Positions 53,576-64,000 are shown, counted from the stretch's first letter. The stretch is 64,000 nucleotides of DNA from Gemmatimonadota bacterium (GCA_039589295.1 JBDHHR010000005.1:4919-68918); one strand, 5' to 3'. The notes: a model not told the origin generated them from the letters alone. A program made the numbers and translations.

Positions 53576-54901
53576 CTAGTACACGCGGACCAGCTCGGTT
53601 CCCGGATAGTAGACTTGCAGGATCCGATCGTAACTGTGGCCGGCCCGGGCCCTTCCGATGGCGCCCCACTGACACATCCCGGCCCCGTGACCATAGCCTC
53701 GCCCCACGAGCTCGACCAGACCGTCGGGGGACCTGGTCACCTCGAATCGCGTCGAGTTCAGGATGCGACCGTCGGCGTCCCGCAGCGCGAGCCTGATGTC
53801 CAGCCGCGACAGGACGAGCTCGAAGCTGGATCCGTGGAAGGCGAGCTCCCGCACGCGACCGCTCTCCGTGCGTTCCACGACCTCCAGGTCCTCCAGTTCT
53901 CCCAGCTCCGACCCTTGAACCCCGAACTTGCGTCCCAGCTCCTCCCGCACCCGTCCGTTCAGCTCCTCGGGTCCGAACGTGGCCGTCCAGCGGTAGCGCG
54001 GCGACGTCGAGCAGAAGTCAGTGCCGTCAGGCGCACGGTCGGAAACCGAGCGGAGATACGGAGCTGGCTGGCGATCCAGCACTTCATCCACGGCGGCCGT
54101 TCGTCCGCCACACGTCGAGTGGTAGAAGGCTCGGATCGGTCTCCCTTCATGGACCAGGATGTGCCCCGCCGTCTCACGGATAGCCCTCGTCGCCTGATCC
54201 CTCTCGGCCAGCATGCCCCCGTATACCTGATCTTCCACGCTGCCGTACAGATCGAAGCCCATCTCCCGATGGCCTCCCAGGTGAGCGATGGTATACGTGC
54301 GGGCGGCGACCGCCTGGGCCTTGACGGCCGCCAACTCCGCCGGATCGCGCGGACCTATTTCCAGCGGCACGACGCCCAGCAGGTATTCTTCCAGCGGGAG
54401 CGCGTTGATGGCGGTCACGCCCGAACTCTCGACGGCCCGGACCTCCACTGAACCCCGGTATGGCCTCCCGTCGATGAACACCGGTGCCTCCTCCCGCGCC
54501 TCGAAGCGCACCCCGGCAGCGGGCGGCACCGTGTCGTCGGCGCCCCCTACTTTCACCGACCAACCGTGTCGTCCCACCGGGAGCACCCGCGGTCCATCGG
54601 CAACGCCAAGGAGTCCTCCAGTTACTGCATCCCTGATCCGCAGGCCCGCCGGTGAGGAGACGGTTACCGTGTCAACGCCCACCAGGATACCGACGAGTAT
54701 CTCCGGCTCCCTAAAGCGATCGGGTAGCGCCCGCTCCTCAGAATCCTCTCCGGAGAAAGGCGGAAGCCGACCCTCGGAAGAGGCAGCCGGTCGGGCAGGT
54801 GTCCTGCTGGTGGAAACCGCGTGGCATGCGCTGAAGGCCACCGCCACCGTCAACAAGAGCCCGGGGCAGGGTCTCGGGAGGCGGACGATCATGGCAGGCA
54901 T
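53576..54901 (-). CDS. SpoIID/LytB-domain protein (lytic transglycosylase/amidase-enhancer family)
   Basis: A signal peptide is present, and the central and C-terminal region matches the SpoIID pattern (AVKAQAVAARTY...FDLYGSVEDQVYGG...HSTCGGRTA...YLRSV, C-terminal GRGYGHGAGMCQWGA). Confidence 0.75.
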   Translation of the reverse strand: MPAMIVRLPRPCPGLLLTVAVAFSACHAVSTSRTPARPAASSEGRLPPFSGEDSEERALPDRFREPEILVGILVGVDTVTVSSPAGLRIRDAVTGGLLGVADGPRVLPVGRHGWSVKVGGADDTVPPAAGVRFEAREEAPVFIDGRPYRGSVEVRAVESSGVTAINALPLEEYLLGVVPLEIGPRDPAELAAVKAQAVAARTYTIAHLGGHREMGFDLYGSVEDQVYGGMLAERDQATRAIRETAGHILVHEGRPIRAFYHSTCGGRTAAVDEVLDRQPAPYLRSVSDRAPDGTDFCSTSPRYRWTATFGPEELNGRVREELGRKFGVQGSELGELEDLEVVERTESGRVRELAFHGSSFELVLSRLDIRLALRDADGRILNSTRFEVTRSPDGLVELVGRGYGHGAGMCQWGAIGRARAGHSYDRILQVYYPGTELVRVY

Positions 54902-54905
54902 TCGA

Positions 54906-56363
54906 TCACCGGCCCCAGCCCGTGTCGAGACCGAGCGGAGCCACGGGCAGCGAGCGACGCATACGAGATGGGGTCGGAACCTGGGCTGCAGTCGCTCGGG
55001 GAGGCGCCCGCAGCTCGCGCAGCACGGTCGCCTCCAGGTCGTAGTCGTGCGAGGTCGTTATCTCGGCCTCCACGAGCATGCCCGGGGCAAGAGGCAGGCT
55101 CGAACCAAGTTGCGTCTCTCCGTCGACGTCGTCGGCCTGACCGCGGGTGCGGCCGCTGGGATGGCTTCCGATCCGCTCGACGAGTATATCGTGCCGACGG
55201 CCCACCTCTCGCCCCAGCCGCTCGGCGCTGATGGCCCGCTGCACCTCGATAAGCTCTTCCAGGCGCTCCTCGGCCAAACCCGCCGGAAGCCTGCCATGCT
55301 CCATGGCGGCCGCAGGCGTACCCTCCTGCGGCGAGAAGGCGAAGGCGCCCAACCGATCGAAGGTCACCTCCTCGAGGAAGTCTAGCAGGGCGCGGTAATC
55401 CTCCTCCGTCTCACCGGGGAAGCCCACCAGAACAGTCGTGCGCAAGGTGAGATCCGGAATCGACTCGCGAAGCCCGCGGATCCTGGCCCGGAGCGTGTGC
55501 TGTCTCTCCGGACGCCTCATGAGCTCCAGCACCGGATCGGCGGCGTGCTGGATGGGCATGTCGATGTAAGGGACTATGCGGGGCTCACTGGCCATGAGCG
55601 CCACCAGCGGTTGCCGGAGGCCGGCGGAATAAATGTACAGAAGTCGGAACCACGGAATGTCCGTTTCCTGCAGGAGGCGCCCGAGCAGGGTCACCAGATC
55701 GGTGCCGTCTCTGAACTCGCGGCCGTAATGGGCCAGGTCCTGGGCGACGAGGTTCAGTTCGACGACCCCCTGGGCCTCCAGCCGCTGCGCCTCCGCAACG
55801 AGGGGGTCAACCTCGAATGAGCGGTGCCGGCCCCGCCACAGGGGGATCGCACAGAACGCGCAGCCGTGATCGCAACCCTCGCTGACCTTCAGGTACCTGA
55901 CGTGACGCCGATCGGACAGGGGCAGCCGGACCCCGGGGTGCTCCCGCATACCGCTCCCGATCAGGCCGCGCCTCTCCAGCTCGGGCAGCAGGCGGTGAAC
56001 GTCCCGAAGTCCCACGAACAGATCCACTTCGGGTAGCGCGGGCTCGAGCTCGGCGCGGTACTGCTCGACCAGGCAACCCAGCGCTACCACGGCCCGGCAG
56101 TGACCTTCCTTCTTGAGACGGGCCACCTGCAGGAGCGTCTCGATGGACTCCTCCTTGGCGGCGTCGATGAACCCGCAGGTATTGACGATGATGACATCGG
56201 CCGCCGCCAGATCGCCGGTACGCGCGGCGCCGCGGGCGGCGAGCGTGGCCAGAAGACGTTCCGAGTCGACCGTGTTCTTATCGCAGCCAAGGCTGACGAG
56301 TCCGAGCCTCACCTCGCCCGGTTCGTCAGGGATGGGTGTGGCAGGCTTAGCCCTCGAAGACAT
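54906..56363 (-). CDS. rimO: Ribosomal protein S12 methylthiotransferase (radical-SAM MTTase)
   Basis: An N-terminal MTTase domain (LVSLGCDKNTVDSE...NTCGFI), a radical-SAM CDHGCAFC box and a C-terminal TRAM-like domain are present. The start is uncertain; it overlaps the lolA-like stop by 17 nt if the first ATG is used. Confidence 0.82.
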   Translation of the reverse strand: MSSRAKPATPIPDEPGEVRLGLVSLGCDKNTVDSERLLATLAARGAARTGDLAAADVIIVNTCGFIDAAKEESIETLLQVARLKKEGHCRAVVALGCLVEQYRAELEPALPEVDLFVGLRDVHRLLPELERRGLIGSGMREHPGVRLPLSDRRHVRYLKVSEGCDHGCAFCAIPLWRGRHRSFEVDPLVAEAQRLEAQGVVELNLVAQDLAHYGREFRDGTDLVTLLGRLLQETDIPWFRLLYIYSAGLRQPLVALMASEPRIVPYIDMPIQHAADPVLELMRRPERQHTLRARIRGLRESIPDLTLRTTVLVGFPGETEEDYRALLDFLEEVTFDRLGAFAFSPQEGTPAAAMEHGRLPAGLAEERLEELIEVQRAISAERLGREVGRRHDILVERIGSHPSGRTRGQADDVDGETQLGSSLPLAPGMLVEAEITTSHDYDLEATVLRELRAPPRATAAQVPTPSRMRRSLPVAPLGLDTGWGR

Positions 56364-57093
56364 CTGCGCCGGGCGGTGGGACGAATCGGAATACGGAATC
56401 GGCTATCGATCCGTTCGGTACCAGGTTCCACAGCACGACGGTCCGCACCGTCTCGTTGTCCTCTACGATCTCGAACTTCCTGACCAGGTAACTCTCGGCG
56501 TCGATCCAAACACGCACCTGTCGGTAGGGCGAGTCCCCGATAGGGGTCAGCGAGACCAGCCACGCGGACTGTCCCTTGACCTCCTCGGAGCCTTCGAGCT
56601 GCGACGCGTATCCCTCGCTGGCCTCCTCGAAGATGCGTCCCTGCAAGTCCACCATGCCGGACCCGGTGACGCTGGCCTCGATCGCCGATCGTATGACCTG
56701 GCCGGGGTGCGTGCTGGGATAGTACAGCCACAGGTGCGTTCCGTCCGCCACGATCACGTCGCCGGCGGGATCGGCGAAGTCCATCTTGAAACGCCCTCGG
56801 CCCTTGTGGTACCAGGCGCCCGTGCCGGTGCGGCTGCGAGCCAGCAGCGGCACCTCGATGGTCTGCTCGAACTCCGCCCGCAGCGAGCCCAGGCCGCTAT
56901 ATACCTGCCGCGCCCTGCTCAAAAGTTCCTCTACATCCGGCGGGCTCGCGGGGTTCTCCTGCGCAGCGACCGGCGGCGGGAGGGCGAGGATGCAAGGGAC
57001 GAGGGCCCGAAGGGCCAGGCTGCAGACGTGTCTCAAATGCACCCCGATCTTGTTACAGAGGACGCGGGAAGCCGGTCTAGCCTGCCAATACAC
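56347..57093 (-). CDS. lolA: LolA-like outer-membrane lipoprotein carrier protein
   Basis: A signal peptide is present, then the LolA-type unclosed beta-barrel pattern (FEQTIEVP...GTGAWYHKGRGRFKMDFADPAGDVIVADGTHLWLYYP...WLVSLTP). Confidence 0.7.
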   Translation of the reverse strand: MYWQARPASRVLCNKIGVHLRHVCSLALRALVPCILALPPPVAAQENPASPPDVEELLSRARQVYSGLGSLRAEFEQTIEVPLLARSRTGTGAWYHKGRGRFKMDFADPAGDVIVADGTHLWLYYPSTHPGQVIRSAIEASVTGSGMVDLQGRIFEEASEGYASQLEGSEEVKGQSAWLVSLTPIGDSPYRQVRVWIDAESYLVRKFEIVEDNETVRTVVLWNLVPNGSIADSVFRFVPPPGADVFEG

Positions 57094-57153
57094 GCCTTGC
57101 CTGGGCTCGTTCCTGATCGGCCGCGCGGCGCGGCTGGCTGGATTCAGGCTCGC

Positions 57154-59388
57154 CTAGAGCTCCTCACCGTGCAGGAGGCCGTCGACCTGCTCGTGCGTCA
57201 TCAGCACTTCGCGCGGACGTGACCCGTCCGGCGGACCCAGGACTCCGGCCGTGTGCAGCTGGTCTATTATGCGGGCCGCGCGGCCGTATCCGATCTTGAG
57301 CCGGCGCTGGAGAAGGCTGGTCGAGCCCGAGCTGTTATTGATCACTATCTCGGCCGCCTTCAGGAAGTAGGGATCCCAGTCGGCAAGCGCCTGATCGACC
57401 AGGTCGACCTGGGTATCCTCCAGCTCCAGCGCGCGGACTTCATCCAGGATATCCGCTTCCCGCGCCGCCTCCGTCTCCCTACGCCTCTCCGCCTGTTCCC
57501 GGTACCACTCGATCAGGCGCTCGGTCTCCGCGGTGGCGATGAACGCGCCCTGTACTCGGTGCGGATCCGACTCGGCGGGCGGCAGGAACAGCATGTCGCC
57601 GTTACCCAGCAGGCTCTCGGCCCCGTTCTGGTCCAGGATTGTGCGGCTGTCGATCTTGGAGGCGACGCGAAACGCCATCCGGCTCGGGAAGTTGGCCTTG
57701 ATGAGGCCGGTTACGACGTTGACCGAGGGCCTCTGGGTGGCCACCACCATGTGCATGCCTACCGCCCGGGCCTTCTGAGCCAGGAGAGCCAAAGGTGTCT
57801 CCACCTCCGATTGCACCGTCATAATCAGGTCGGCCAGCTCGTCGATCACCAGTACGATGAACGGGATCCGCCCCTGCGTGTATTCCCCACCGCCGCGGGC
57901 CGCAGGCATCACCACCCCGTCGCTGCGGTCGATCCGTGCGTTGAGCTCGTGGAGGTTACGGCAGGAGTTGGCTGACAGGAGACTGTAGCGCCGGCTCATC
58001 TCGAACACGGCCCAGCGTAGTACGGCTGCCGCGTCTTGGTTGTCGGTCACCACCGGGTGCCGCAGGTGAGGCAGGTCGTTATACACCACCAGCTCCACCA
58101 TCTTGGGATCCACCATCAACAGACGCAGGTCCCGCGGCGGGTAACGGTAGATGAGGCTGGTGACGATCGTGTTGATACAGACCGACTTCCCAGAGCCGGT
58201 GGCACCGGCGATCAGCAGGTGGGGCATGCTGGCCAGATCCGCGCAGTACGGATTGCCGTCCAGGTCTCTTCCGAGGGCCAGCGGCAGGACCGCGCGTGAC
58301 CGCTCGTATTCCGGCGCTTCCAGGATCTCCCGGAGATGGACGATCTCGGGCTCAGGGTTTGGCACTTCCACACCCACCGCTCCCTTGCCCGGGAGGGGAG
58401 CCACGATCCGCACCGAGGGCGCTTTGAGGGCCAGTGCCAGATCGTCCGCGAGGGCCGCTATCTGGCCTACTTTTACCCCCTCGGCGGGGATGACCTCGAA
58501 TTGGGTGACTACGGGCCCGGTGGTCCATCCTCCGATGCGACCCTCCACCCTGAAGGTGCGCAGCTTGTCGACCACGATCTGACCAAGGCGCTCCAGCTCC
58601 CGGCTGCCGAGGCCCGGTCCGGTATGAGCGGGAAGCGTGAGCAGCTGCAGCGGAGGGAGAGCGTCCTGCGATGTGTCACCGCTGTCGGGGAGGTCGTCCG
58701 GCGATCTGTCCTCAGCCTTCGCCGTCTCCTTCTCTGCGAAGTCGTCCAGCTTGGCTTCCCGTTCCTCGATCGTCTCTGCCCTAGGCTCCTGCTCGTCGGC
58801 CTTTCGCTCCCACAGAGAGAGTTCCGATTCCTCGCCGACGGCCCGGCCGTTAGGCAGAACCGACCGAACCCGCTCGAAGGCGGGGCGAAGCCACCTGCTC
58901 AAGGCTGAGAAGGCCCGGCCCAGTCCCATGAGCGCGCCCCCGGCCGTGCGAGCCGGTGACCAGCCGAGCGTCAGCACAGCCAGACTCAGTACGAGCGCAA
59001 CCACTATCAGCTGCGACCCCAAGGAACCGAAGGCTGAGTGCAGGAGGCCTCCCGCGGACCTGCCCAGCCAACCCGCGGCGCTTCTGCCTCCGGACACCGA
59101 GGTGCTCAGAAGCCACCATGCTGCAGGAACCAGCAGGAGAGCCCCGCCGGAGAGGATCGACCAGCGAATTGCTGTCTGCCGGTCCACCATTCCGAAACAT
59201 CGGACTCCCCAGACAAAGGCCGGCACTCCTACCAGCACAGCGGTCACCCCGAAGATGGTCGAGAGACCGAGGTGGAGAACTTCGCCCGCCGGCCCGATGA
59301 GATTGCCAGCCGCGCCGGCGCCCTGAATGGTCGGCGGAATGACCGCCAGCGAGATCAGGGTTCCGAGGGCGATGAGCCCGACGCCCAT
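57154..59388 (-). CDS. ftsK: DNA translocase FtsK/SpoIIIE
   Basis: N-terminal TM helices and a Pro/Glu-rich linker are followed by the motor domain with Walker A (GATGSGKSVCINT) and Walker B (LLMVDPKMVEL), then a C-terminal winged-helix gamma domain (IVINNSSGSTSLLQRRLKIGYGRAARIIDQL). Start at ATG (cat 59386-59388); approximate. Confidence 0.88.
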   Translation of the reverse strand: MGVGLIALGTLISLAVIPPTIQGAGAAGNLIGPAGEVLHLGLSTIFGVTAVLVGVPAFVWGVRCFGMVDRQTAIRWSILSGGALLLVPAAWWLLSTSVSGGRSAAGWLGRSAGGLLHSAFGSLGSQLIVVALVLSLAVLTLGWSPARTAGGALMGLGRAFSALSRWLRPAFERVRSVLPNGRAVGEESELSLWERKADEQEPRAETIEEREAKLDDFAEKETAKAEDRSPDDLPDSGDTSQDALPPLQLLTLPAHTGPGLGSRELERLGQIVVDKLRTFRVEGRIGGWTTGPVVTQFEVIPAEGVKVGQIAALADDLALALKAPSVRIVAPLPGKGAVGVEVPNPEPEIVHLREILEAPEYERSRAVLPLALGRDLDGNPYCADLASMPHLLIAGATGSGKSVCINTIVTSLIYRYPPRDLRLLMVDPKMVELVVYNDLPHLRHPVVTDNQDAAAVLRWAVFEMSRRYSLLSANSCRNLHELNARIDRSDGVVMPAARGGGEYTQGRIPFIVLVIDELADLIMTVQSEVETPLALLAQKARAVGMHMVVATQRPSVNVVTGLIKANFPSRMAFRVASKIDSRTILDQNGAESLLGNGDMLFLPPAESDPHRVQGAFIATAETERLIEWYREQAERRRETEAAREADILDEVRALELEDTQVDLVDQALADWDPYFLKAAEIVINNSSGSTSLLQRRLKIGYGRAARIIDQLHTAGVLGPPDGSRPREVLMTHEQVDGLLHGEEL

Positions 59389-59446
59389 GGCCTCGACCCG
59401 CTGCCGCTCTTTCAAAACGCGCTCCGTCCGACGGCCGAAGCCATGA

Positions 59447-60787
59447 TCACTCGCCCCGCAGCCGTTCCAGAAATTGGGTGTCGAACTCCCCTGCCACGAA
59501 GTCCGGATGGTGTAACACCTGCCGCAGGAACGGGATGGTGGTGTGTACACCCTCGATGATGAACTCCTCCAGCCCCTGGTATGCTCTCCCCAGCGCCTCC
59601 TCTCGCGTGTTCCCGTGCGCCACCAGCTTGCCGAGCAGCGAATCGTAGTGGGGGGGGACCGTGTACCCGGCGTACACGTGCGTGTCTATGCGTATCCCGG
59701 GCCCGCCGGGAGCGTGGAAGGCGGTGATGGTGCCCGGAGACGGCCGGAAATCGTGCTCCGGATCCTCGGCGTTCACCCGACACTCGATGGCGTGACCCAA
59801 CAGCTCCGGCGGCCCGTTGATCCTGAGCCGCTCCCCGGCTGCGGAACGGATCTGTTCCTTCACCAGGTCCATGTGCGTCACGGCCTCGGTGACGGGATGC
59901 TCCACCTGGATCCGGGTGTTCATTTCCATGAAGTAGAAACTGTGATCATCCGCCAGCAGGAACTCCACGGTGCCCGCGTTCGAGTACCCGATAGCCTTTC
60001 CCGCCTTGATGGCGGCTGCCCCCATGGCGGCCCTCGTCCCGGCGTCGATTGCCGGGCTCGGCGCCTCCTCGATCAACTTCTGGTGCCGTCGCTGGATGGA
60101 GCAGTCGCGTTCGCCCAGATGGCTCAGGTTACCGTGCTGGTCGCCCAGTACCTGAACCTCCACGTGCCGCGGCCGCTGCACGTATCGCTCCAGATACACG
60201 CGGGGGTCGTTGAACGCGGCGGCCGCTTCGTTGCGGGCCATGGTGAAAGTGGAGGCCAGCTCGTCCTCCGAGCCGGCCACACGCATGCCCTTCCCCCCGC
60301 CGCCGGCGGCGGCCTTGATCATCACCGGGTAGCCGATCCGTGCAGCCTCGGAGCGCGCCTCCTCCTCGGACTCCACGGCGCCCGCCGATCCCGGCACAAC
60401 GGGCACCCCGGCCTCGATCATCGTCCGGCGAGCTTCCGCTTTGTCGCCCATGCGGCGGATCTGCTCCGCCGTCGGGCCGATGAAGACGATGCCCGACCGC
60501 TCGCAGATCTCCGCGAAATCGGCGTTCTCAGCCAGAAACCCGTAACCTGGATGGATGGCCGTGGCCCCCGTGATTTCGGCGGCGGCGATGATGCGCGGGA
60601 TGTTCAGGTAGCTCTCGCGGCTGGGAGCGGCACCGACGCAGATGTCCTCGTCCGAGAAGCGAACGTGAAGGGAGTCCCTGTCCGCCTGGGAGTAAACGGC
60701 CACAGTGCGGATACCCAGTTCGCGGCACGCGCGAATGACCCGCAGCGCTATCTCGCCGCGGTTGGCGATGAGGATCTTCTCGAACAC
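59447..60787 (-). CDS. accC: Acetyl-CoA carboxylase biotin carboxylase subunit
   Basis: The 446-aa protein starts [26 protein letters not shown]. An ATP-grasp fold is present, with the C-terminal [14 protein letters not shown] motif. Confidence 0.95.
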   Translation of the reverse strand: MFEKILIANRGEIALRVIRACRELGIRTVAVYSQADRDSLHVRFSDEDICVGAAPSRESYLNIPRIIAAAEITGATAIHPGYGFLAENADFAEICERSGIVFIGPTAEQIRRMGDKAEARRTMIEAGVPVVPGSAGAVESEEEARSEAARIGYPVMIKAAAGGGGKGMRVAGSEDELASTFTMARNEAAAAFNDPRVYLERYVQRPRHVEVQVLGDQHGNLSHLGERDCSIQRRHQKLIEEAPSPAIDAGTRAAMGAAAIKAGKAIGYSNAGTVEFLLADDHSFYFMEMNTRIQVEHPVTEAVTHMDLVKEQIRSAAGERLRINGPPELLGHAIECRVNAEDPEHDFRPSPGTITAFHAPGGPGIRIDTHVYAGYTVPPHYDSLLGKLVAHGNTREEALGRAYQGLEEFIIEGVHTTIPFLRQVLHHPDFVAGEFDTQFLERLRGE

Positions 60788-60799
60788 AGTCGCGCGAGG

Positions 60800-61282
60800 T
60801 CAGTCGGGTTCGACGCGGTAGAGTACCTGTCCGTACTCCACCGGCTCGGCGTTCTCCACGCAGATCTCGCGGATCTTACCCGACACTTCGGACTCCAACT
60901 CGTTCATGAGCTTCATTGCCTCGAGAATGCACACGGTCTGGCCCTTCTGCACCTGATCGCCGATTTCCACGTAGGGTGGAGCATCCGGCGCCGGCGCCCG
61001 ATAGAATGTGCCGACCATGGGAGAGGTGATCAGAGAGAGCCCTGCTGCGTGTTCGGGCTCCTCCACAACCCCTGCTTCCGACGGGACCGCCATCGGATTA
61101 TCCGGCACCAGGCCCAGCGAGGCGGTCGTGCCGGACGCCGCCGGAGCGGCTCCCTGCACGATGTTGACTATGGGAGACTTCGAAACTCGAACCCGGGTAC
61201 CTAACCGCGAGATCTCCAGCGAGTCGATCTCCGACTCGTTAACCATGTCTATGAGACGCCGTACCCACTCGAGATCGATCAT
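60800..61282 (-). CDS. accB: Acetyl-CoA carboxylase biotin carboxyl carrier protein
   Basis: The biotinyl-lysine motif EAMKLMNEL is present in a C-terminal lipoyl-like domain. Length is 160 aa. It sits directly upstream of accC. Confidence 0.92.
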   Translation of the reverse strand: MIDLEWVRRLIDMVNESEIDSLEISRLGTRVRVSKSPIVNIVQGAAPAASGTTASLGLVPDNPMAVPSEAGVVEEPEHAAGLSLITSPMVGTFYRAPAPDAPPYVEIGDQVQKGQTVCILEAMKLMNELESEVSGKIREICVENAEPVEYGQVLYRVEPD

Positions 61283-61845
61283 CTGTTCACTCGCTCGAGG
61301 TATTTGTCGATCGTCCTGTCCACCTTGATTACTTCACCTGTCTCGATGAACAGGGGAACTTGGACGACCGCTCCGGGGGCAAGTTTCGCGGGCTTGGTGC
61401 CGCCCTGTGCCGTGTCGCCCCGGACTCCCGGATCCGTTTCAACAACCTCCAGCTCTACAAACTGCGGCAGTTCCACCGCCAGCACTTCTCCCTCACGGGT
61501 GAGGCCTTCGCACTCCAGGTTCTCCTGCAGATATGCGAGCTGATCCGCGCCCACCACCTGCGCGGAGAGCGGGATCATCTCGTACGACTCCATGTCCATG
61601 AAATAGTACAGGTGGCCGTCCGTGTAGGAATACTGGATCGGCCGCCGGACCACGCGGACCTCCGTGACCTTCTCGCCGGCCCGGAACGTCTTGTCGATCA
61701 CGGCCCCGCCGAGGACGGACTTGAGCTTGGTACGTACGAAGGCGCCGCCCTTCCCGGGCTTGACGTGCTGGAAATAGGTGATCGCGTACAGGGTCCGATT
61801 GATCTCGATCACCATTCCGTTGCGAAAATCAGAGGTGTCTGCCAT
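61279..61845 (-). CDS. efp: Elongation factor P
   Basis: The 188-aa protein carries the KPGKGGAFVRTKLK motif (the conserved modifiable Lys loop) and three OB/KOW domains. Confidence 0.93.
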   Translation of the reverse strand: MADTSDFRNGMVIEINRTLYAITYFQHVKPGKGGAFVRTKLKSVLGGAVIDKTFRAGEKVTEVRVVRRPIQYSYTDGHLYYFMDMESYEMIPLSAQVVGADQLAYLQENLECEGLTREGEVLAVELPQFVELEVVETDPGVRGDTAQGGTKPAKLAPGAVVQVPLFIETGEVIKVDRTIDKYLERVNR

Positions 61846-61896
61846 CGCTCCTCGGGTACAAGGGGGCTGCCGGATACGGGTAACGCCACCCGCCGC

Positions 61897-63003
61897 TTAC
61901 AGCGGTGCCAGCTCTCGGGAAAAGCTCGAGAGGACTCGATGGCCACCGTTCTCCACGAGAACGACCTCCTCCAGCCGAACTCCACCCCGGCCGGGAAGAT
62001 ACACACCGGGCTCTATCGTGACCACGTTTCCGACCTTCAGCTCCTCCCGCGACCTGCGGTTGATGCGCGGCATCTCATGCACCTCGAGGCCCACGCCGTG
62101 ACCCGTTCCGTGTCCGAAACAGGCGCCGAAACCGGCCTCTTCGAGAACGTCCCGGGCAGCACGGTCGACTTCGCGCGCCGGAACGCCCGGCCCCACGGCC
62201 CGGATCGCCAGCTCCGCCGCCTCTCTTACTGCCGCGTGCATGTCCCGCTGCCACGGGGCTGCCCGGCCCACCGTGAACGTACGTGTGATATCCGAGCAGT
62301 AGCCATCGACCGTGGCACCGAAGTCGAACAGCACGAGGTCACCGCCCTCGAGCTGGTGCTCCCCGGGACGGGCGTGTGGCAGCGCGCTTCGCGGTCCTGA
62401 AGCCACTATCGTATCGAAGGGAGACGACTCCGAGCCCGCCAGGCGCAGGTGGTAGTCCAGTTCGGCCGCGAGAACGAGCTCGGTGATCCCTGTCCGGACG
62501 TTTGGCAGAACCCGGGATAGGGCCTCCTCCGCCACCCCGACCGCCCACTCGATGCAGCCGGCCTCGACCGGATCCTTTTCCGCCCGCAAGGAATCCACTA
62601 GACCGCCTGCCGGTTCCCAGACCACTCCACCACACGCTTCGCCGAGCTCTCGCCGCTCACGGACGGTGAGGTTGCCCTCCTCGAAGCCCAACCGCCGCCC
62701 GCCTCCCGTTTCCCTGAGGAGAACCGCCAGCTCCGCGAACAGGTCCTCGGCGGCTATGGAGACGGAGATCCCTTCCCTCACCTCCATCGCCACCTGAGTC
62801 TGGTAGCGAAAATCCGTGATGAGGGTGGCCGCTCCCGGCTCGACGAGAAGCAGGCCGCTGGAGCCGCTGAAGCCGCACAGGTACCTGAGGTTGGCCAGAT
62901 TACTCACCAGGAGGCCGTCCAGGCGATCGTCGTGCAGACGGTCCCTGACCCGGCGGAGCCGTGATACGTGGAACTCCCCTGTGCCGCCCGCGGGCTCGGT
63001 CAC
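61897..63003 (-). CDS. pepP: Xaa-Pro aminopeptidase (M24B family)
   Basis: An N-terminal creatinase-like domain and a C-terminal pita-bread domain with metal ligands ([38 protein letters not shown]) are present. Confidence 0.85.
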   Translation of the reverse strand: MTEPAGGTGEFHVSRLRRVRDRLHDDRLDGLLVSNLANLRYLCGFSGSSGLLLVEPGAATLITDFRYQTQVAMEVREGISVSIAAEDLFAELAVLLRETGGGRRLGFEEGNLTVRERRELGEACGGVVWEPAGGLVDSLRAEKDPVEAGCIEWAVGVAEEALSRVLPNVRTGITELVLAAELDYHLRLAGSESSPFDTIVASGPRSALPHARPGEHQLEGGDLVLFDFGATVDGYCSDITRTFTVGRAAPWQRDMHAAVREAAELAIRAVGPGVPAREVDRAARDVLEEAGFGACFGHGTGHGVGLEVHEMPRINRRSREELKVGNVVTIEPGVYLPGRGGVRLEEVVLVENGGHRVLSSFSRELAPL

Positions 63004-63488
63004 CGGCTGGGGCGGAGGTGCTCGACGAGAGCGTGAAGGCCCAGAAGGTAGCTGCTGCTCCCGAAGCCCGAGATGACCCCGATCGCGACGTCAGCCAGCA
63101 GGGATCGGCGCCGGAAAGGCTCCCGGGCATGCACGTTCGTCAGGTGGATTTCCACGAAGGGAAGGCCGCTACCGGTGAGTGCGTCCCGCAGCGCCACGCT
63201 GGTGTGCGTGTAGGCGCCCGCGTTCACTACCCATCCGTCGACCGAAGAGGTGGTGCCCTGGATCCAATCGACGAGTTCCCCTTCGCGATTGGACTGGAAG
63301 CTCAGGGTGTCCGCCCCGAGGTCGGCGGCCGCCTCCGAGACCATCAGATCGATCTCCGGCAGGGAGGCACGGCCGTACAGCTCGGGCTCGCGCTCCCCCA
63401 ACCGGTTGAGATTCGGCCCGTGCAATACCCCTATTCTCAGGGCCGGCTCCGATGCTCGCTTATTCACTTCTTGAGCCGCCTGAGCCAT
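63000..63488 (-). CDS. aroQ: 3-dehydroquinate dehydratase type II
   Basis: Motifs [23 protein letters not shown] and [15 protein letters not shown] are present (type II DHQase). Start placed at the internal ATG (cat 63486-63488). Confidence 0.88.
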   Translation of the reverse strand: MAQAAQEVNKRASEPALRIGVLHGPNLNRLGEREPELYGRASLPEIDLMVSEAAADLGADTLSFQSNREGELVDWIQGTTSSVDGWVVNAGAYTHTSVALRDALTGSGLPFVEIHLTNVHAREPFRRRSLLADVAIGVISGFGSSSYLLGLHALVEHLRPSR

Positions 63489-63985
63489 GTTTCCAGGACA
63501 TTTCCGGTCTCCGCAGGACCGGCTGTGCCCTCCGGCGCCGCCGCGGCGAGTTCCTCTCCCGCACGGAGGATCTGGCGGAGCTCTTCCACCATGGCCGTCT
63601 CGGGCTCGTCCGGCTCGATGTCGCGCTCGATCGTCTCGTCCCACTCGAGCTCGGCCTCAGCCGCAGCCGGCGCTGCTCGGCGCTCGGACACCTCTTCCCT
63701 GAGGGCCCGCAGGCCTGCGAGAAGTTGGCTGTCATCGGGGCGATCCGTGAGCAACTCCTCGTATATCGCCACAGCCTGGTCGTAAAGCCCCTGTCGCGCG
63801 TACAGATCCGCCATGGTACGGGTCATCAGATCGGCGTCCTCGTTTCCGTCGTCCGCGCCGGCCGTCGGTCGCTCTTCGTGCCACCGGAAGCGGTCCTCCG
63901 GTCCGGCCTCGCCAGCCTGCTCTCGATCTGGCTCGGCTCCGGCTGCCGATGACGGCTCGCTGGCTACCGATTCCTCGGCAGCCAC
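63464..63985 (-). CDS. Hypothetical acidic protein with TPR-like helix pair
   Basis: The 173-aa ORF contains [38 protein letters not shown] (TPR-like) in a Glu/Asp/Ala-rich context. Its stop overlaps the aroQ start. The start lies close to the window edge. Confidence 0.4.
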   Translation of the reverse strand: MAAEESVASEPSSAAGAEPDREQAGEAGPEDRFRWHEERPTAGADDGNEDADLMTRTMADLYARQGLYDQAVAIYEELLTDRPDDSQLLAGLRALREEVSERRAAPAAAEAELEWDETIERDIEPDEPETAMVEELRQILRAGEELAAAAPEGTAGPAETGNVLETWLRRLKK

Positions 63986-64000
63986 GGACTCCGTTTCGAC

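Overview
This is a 64 kb, high-GC (~68-70%) chromosomal segment from a diderm bacterium. Diderm status is supported by Lnt, a LolA-like carrier, an outer-membrane beta-barrel protein and a TPR/porin-like export protein. Coding density is very high and the six-frame track is full of antisense 'shadow' ORFs. I called genes only where I recognise the protein family or where there is supporting context (RBS, signal peptide, translational coupling). Starts marked approximate were placed by protein sense and RBS, not by experiment.

Clearly housekeeping content:
- Two tandem TenA-family genes immediately downstream of sdhC-sdhA-sdhB.
- A HIT hydrolase, a LOG-family protein, a beta-CASP RNase, trpF, a CobB-type sirtuin, a DagK-like lipid kinase, succinate-semialdehyde dehydrogenase, ferritin, FKBP, msrB and a UbiA prenyltransferase.
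- A long minus-strand block: rimO, SpoIID/LytB, an OM beta-barrel protein, Gfo/Idh/MocA, lnt, lolA, ftsK, accC, accB, efp, pepP and aroQ.

Accessory-looking content, which is where the candidate undescribed systems sit:
1. A PNAG-like exopolysaccharide locus (TPR/PgaA-like, PgaC-like GT2 synthase, small PgaD-like membrane protein, PgaB-like deacetylase). It is headed by an unusual KaiC-like ATPase / receiver-like / degenerate-GGDEF protein and tailed by a translationally coupled GCS2-ligase-CBS fusion plus an AstE/AspA-family deacylase.
2. A two-gene module: a ~640-aa coiled-coil polytopic membrane protein translationally coupled to a vWA (MIDAS) lipoprotein.
3. An orphan PilX-N-domain protein next to a 74-aa helical protein, flanked by the lowest-GC DNA in the window.
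4. A GMC oxidoreductase with a small-subunit-like partner and a TPP enzyme, all translationally coupled.

Also present: c-di-GMP signalling (GAF-GAF-GGDEF coupled to a Usp), a LemA-DUF2207 pair, a POT peptide transporter, and a GT4 glycosyltransferase. I found no rRNA, tRNA, CRISPR array, transposase or integrase.
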